Part shown: positions 59,822-64,000 of the stretch, in pieces
Position numbering within the stretch: position 1 is the stretch's first letter
How the letters are laid out: every line of letters starts with the position of its first letter
NCBI GenBank assembly: GCA_033442325.1
Contig: JAWQFM010000008.1
Location: 1-64,000, forward strand
Reading direction: 5' to 3'
Origin: Salpingoeca rosetta
Lineage: Eukaryota > Protista > Choanoflagellata
DNA: 64,000 nt
The notes under the pieces: model-generated
What the model was told of the DNA's origin: nothing
What the model saw: only the letters and a program-made list of their open reading frames with translations
Database searches by the model: none
Program-made: the position numbers and the translations under genes

Positions 59822-60494
59822 TCACGTGCCCACAGGCACATCACGTGTGCATAGTGTTGAGGTCGGTACGACGACAGCACATGCCCGATTCAGACCAACT
59901 GGCAGCGGTGGCAGCTGGTGCCATTGCCCTGTGGCTGTACACGCGTTTGACGGCAGAGAACAAAGAAAAGAAGAAATGGCGGAGAGAGAGAGAGAGAGAG
60001 AAAGAATGACATGAGCAAAGTGGTGTTTCATCCTTCATGACGAGACAAGAACAGAGAGAAGCATGTGCAAAGCAGACACACACGTTCGCAAGCCGATATG
60101 CACGACAGGCGGGCACTGCATGGTTACCTCGAGTGAGAACCCAAACATCGCGCAACGCCCGGTGACCATCCCATCCACCAGCAACGAACACGTGTGTGGG
60201 CGTGGCGGCACAAGCAGAGTTTTCACGCGGCGCAGCAGGGAACGACCACGCCGTCTCCGTCCACTCGCCGGTGCCGTTGGTATCGAGCATCATCTCTTCG
60301 CACGACCGCAGCAAGACGTCATCCTCGTTGTATCCGCCCACACACACGCCATGGCTTGGACCTTGGGTTGCCTGTGGGGTTGGGGGGGGTTGAGTGTTTG
60401 TTGAGTGGGGGCGGCAAGCTGAAAGCAACAAGGAAGGGGAAGCGACGAAAGGAAGGACACACACACACACACTCACACATGCATGAGGATGCAG

Positions 60495-60590
<96 letters not shown>

Positions 60591-61717
60591 GCACGCACGT
60601 GCACACAGCACACACCCACACACGAAATGTCGACACACATACAATCACAGCGCACCACAGCGGCGCATTCGCGGGGTGTATTCAGCAAAGGACCGAGTGT
60701 TGACGTTGACTGTTGAGCAGTGGGCCCGACGGTGACAATCTCCGTGCTGCGCAGTGTTCGCTGCCCGTTCCAACCTCCAACAAGCAGCGCAGCTGCGTTG
60801 CTGCAACACAACCAGCGGCGGCAGTTGGGACATCCATGGGCCATGTTGTAACGTGAAACACAGCAAATGGTCCGAACACACGAGCAACGGATGTGCCAGC
60901 AACATTGCTACCACGCACAAGTGCATGTGCACACGCACGCTTGTAGTTACACGGTACCCTGCAACACACAACCATATGTACACCACGCTCGATACACACC
61001 TTGAAGATGCGAGTTGAACCAAGCCGGCATTCTTGCGCGCATCCATGAGGTTGTCAGAGTGTGACGACTGCATGGACACCAGGCTCACCAATTGCGTCGT
61101 GGAGAGGCACTCTGCACCATCCCATCCACCACAACAAACAATGGTGTCATCATCTACGGCCATGCACGTGTGACAGGACGTGCTGACTGGCAGCGTCGCT
61201 ACATCCGACCACCTTTCTTTGTGCAAGACAAGCACCTGACCGAACAGAGGAGCGCGCACACGTGCATGTGGTCGGTGAGAAGGTGGTGTGCACTTGCACG
61301 GTTGTGGCCGATGCTGTGACGCTTGCGCACACTCGATGTGCGAGCAGCAGTGCAGCAGGAACAGCGGTAGCAACAACAAGCACCTTGCAGCAGCAGCACA
61401 GCACCTGGTTTGTGCAGCGCCCGTCTGGAGTGGACCCGCCCGTGACGATGATTTGCTGCGAACGAGGACGGACAGTGGCGGCGGCCCCGCGCACTGCCAC
61501 TGGCAGCGAGGGCAGGGACTGCCAGTGCGGTCCTCCTCGTTCCTGTATCTTTGCGTCATATCCATCGTGCTCATGTGCCTGGCCGCCCTGGTCTACCAGG
61601 TTTGCATGGCTTCCCCCCAGTTCCAACGCATACACTGCCACGAAAGGAGATACAGGTTGCTTGTCAGTGGACGGATGGCACGGCATACAGCAAGCAAGCT
61701 GGAGCAAGATGACTTTT

Positions 61718-61776
<59 letters not shown>

Positions 61777-61866
61777 CGTACCTGCGTCGCTGTTTGGATC
61801 TCCCTCGCGGCCTAGGCAGCCCCCAATAACAACTAGCGTGGAGTTCTCCGTCTCATTGGAACCCAT
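59822..61866 (-). CDS. Kelch-repeat beta-propeller protein, multi-exon
   Basis: Repeated GG/W Kelch motifs: LVVIGG, HWQSLPSLPVAVRGAAA..IIVTGG, WSDVATLP..IVCCGGWDG, LLVGGWNG..GPLLNTPRECAAV, CVGGYN, VFVAGGWDG, GQWHQLPPLPVGLNRACA. ATG at 61866. Confidence 0.85.
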
Positions 61867-62055
61867 GTGCTGCTGGTGTTGCTGCTCATGCGGTTGCACG
61901 ACCAAGGGCGCGGAAGACAATGACAGCACGGCTGCTGCTGCTGCTGCAGGAGGTGCAAAGGCAACAAGTCGCCCCAACAACAGCATCTTCAAACTTTTTG
62001 GCGGCGTTGTGTTCTGTTTGGCTGCACTTTTCCCAATACGCAAACAACAACAAGC
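61867..62055. promoter_or_regulatory. Putative bidirectional promoter (Kelch / secreted protein)
   Basis: Head-to-head ATGs 189 bp apart. Confidence 0.5.
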
Positions 62056-64000
62056 ATGCGTGGCGGGGTTGTCCGTGTGGCGTTGACGCTGGTGCTCCTG
62101 CTGGTGGTGCTGAGCATGCCAAGCAGTGGCCAGGCCAACGTGCAGCAAACGCCGACGCAGCAAGGTGTGTCTGTGTGTCTGTGTGTCTGTGTGTCTGTGT
62201 GTGTGTGGCATGTTCTCACACTGCCTTACACTATTTCACGTGCTGCTTCGCACGCTGTCCCCCATACTGCCTCACACACTGCCTCGCGCAATCGTACTGT
62301 GCCGTCGATGAAGGCCCGAGCCGTGTTCCTGACCTGCGCAAGTACAACCAGCCAACGAAGCAGGGGCGTCGCGTCTACGACCACTTTGTGGTCAAGGTGA
62401 GCGGGCCTGTACTGCTTCCTTATGCCAGACACAGTTCATGTCTGGCCGATCTTCAATAGTTGTGGCACTGCTGTAGTGCCGCCTTCATCTCACGCCAGTC
62501 TTGCCTGCAACCTTGACCGACGGGGTCTGTCTGCGATACAACAGGGGGCCGGCGGCCAGCACACGGAGCTTCGCTACGATATGACCTATGCTGAGGACGT
62601 TGTGCCACTGTCAGACTTTGTGGATGAGCATGCCGCCTTCCAGGTCACCACCGTGCTTTGCACCTCTGAATCCATCGTCCTTGGCGTCTCGGACATCGAG
62701 GCTGGTAAGTGTGTTGTGTTTGCACATGCTTGTGTGTCTGTCTGTCTGTAAATATATGTGTCTGTCTGTGTTTGTACATGCTTGTGTGTCTGTCTGTCTG
62801 TGAATATATGTGTCTGTCTGTGTTTGCGTCTGTCTGCCTGCCTGTGTGTCTGTGTACATGGGTACACATGTGTGTGGAATGTACACGCCTCGATTTGCAT
62901 CCGTGTGTTCTGCAGCAAAACCTGTCCTTGTGTGCATGTGGCATGCTTGCATTAGCGTCACCTCTAACCCCACCCCCACCCCCTTCTCGTATGCTTGCCC
63001 TTTTCTCTCACTGCAGCGCGGAACTTCATTGCGCCCGAGCGCGTGCTGTTCCCGGGCGAGTCCTTCAAGTGCAGCGGCCCTTCCAACGAGCACACCGCCG
63101 CATATGTGGAGGAGGTGGCTGTTTCCGAGGGCAAGCTTGTGCTCTCCGTGGAGTGGGAGCACTTTATGACCGCCTTTGATGAGATTGACATTGAACTGCA
63201 CCATCGCCCGGAGGGACACGCCAACAGCTCGGTACAAGACCCGCATTGACGTGGTACATGTTTGCCATACGCTGCGCAATTCCCGTCACCATGATATTTT
63301 TCACTAATGTTTCCACATCACGCCCATGTGACGTTTGCACAGATGGCCCAAGGCTCCGGCCCACGCGGTACGCTCCCCTTTCTGCGATCACTTCTGTATC
63401 ATCGTCTATTTCTCATCAAACCAGGCTGATTAAGCCCATGCACCAGCAAGGCTTGATACACAAACGGCTGAACAAACACGAGCACACACACTTACCCACA
63501 CCCGCATACACACACTCGCCCATACACACACAAACGCACACTCACACTGACACACACCCATACACATACACACCCATGCACACAATCCATGCACATCCTG
63601 TTTTTGCTTGTGCTCTCCCGTGTGTCCGCATCAGCTCCGCGCATGCGCCGTGAGACCGTGCAGGGGTGCACGTGCACCGACGACTGCGGGGTGGATGTCG
63701 ACATTGGACTGTTCGATCAGGACATCTCCAGCTGGTGCCACACCGCAGACAACTGCGCCGACGGCCGGGACTACTGCACAGCGGAGCTCTCGGCCAACGC
63801 CGACGTTGTCTCGGTGCGCTTCCTGCCTCGCCTTGTTCTCTTGGTGTCGGCGTGTGTGCTCGTGTTCGCTTCGACCCAGGTGCACAGTCGTGTCATCGCC
63901 ACTTGCCATGTCCATGCGAACTGCGTTGATGTGCTCTCATCTATATGCCTGCCGGTGTGCGGTTGCTTTCGTGGCAGTGGAACTACGCTGGTGGTGGTAA
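62056..64000 (+). CDS. Secreted or membrane prepro-protein with a Cys-rich module (5' partial, continues beyond the window)
   Basis: Signal peptide MRGGVVRVALTLVLLLVVLSMPSSGQA, then a GT-AG exon chain. Exon 63634-63813 encodes PRMRR-ETVQGCTCTDDC..WCHTADNCADGRDYC. Confidence 0.7.

Overview
Eukaryotic genomic DNA that is intron-rich and GC-rich, with (CA/GT)n microsatellites in almost every intron. Gene content and repeat style suggest a choanoflagellate, most like Salpingoeca rosetta (inference). From left to right: ~5.7 kb of gene-poor low-complexity DNA; one intact 5S rRNA gene (5747-5865); a giant minus-strand gene (~21171-6310) for a probably N-myristoylated protein with cupredoxin-like repeats, an Fn3-associated domain, FN3-like domains and a degenerate thioredoxin-like C-terminus; a secreted bacterial-type DUF4838 glycoside-hydrolase-like gene; an SH2-tailed myosin; a SAC3/GANP-domain gene; a CCDC162/DUF4549-like gene; an N4BP2/NONU-1-like kinase-UBA-CUE-Smr gene; a Kelch-repeat gene; and the 5' part of a secreted prepro-protein gene. 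There are two N gaps and two blocks of random-looking sequence (24759-25010 and ~30508-31120), the second where a myosin exon is missing. Exon boundaries were read by eye and are approximate, and family calls come from remembered motifs, not database searches. Most ORFs in the supplied track are microsatellite artefacts. No CRISPR array, tRNA or recognisable transposon was seen.
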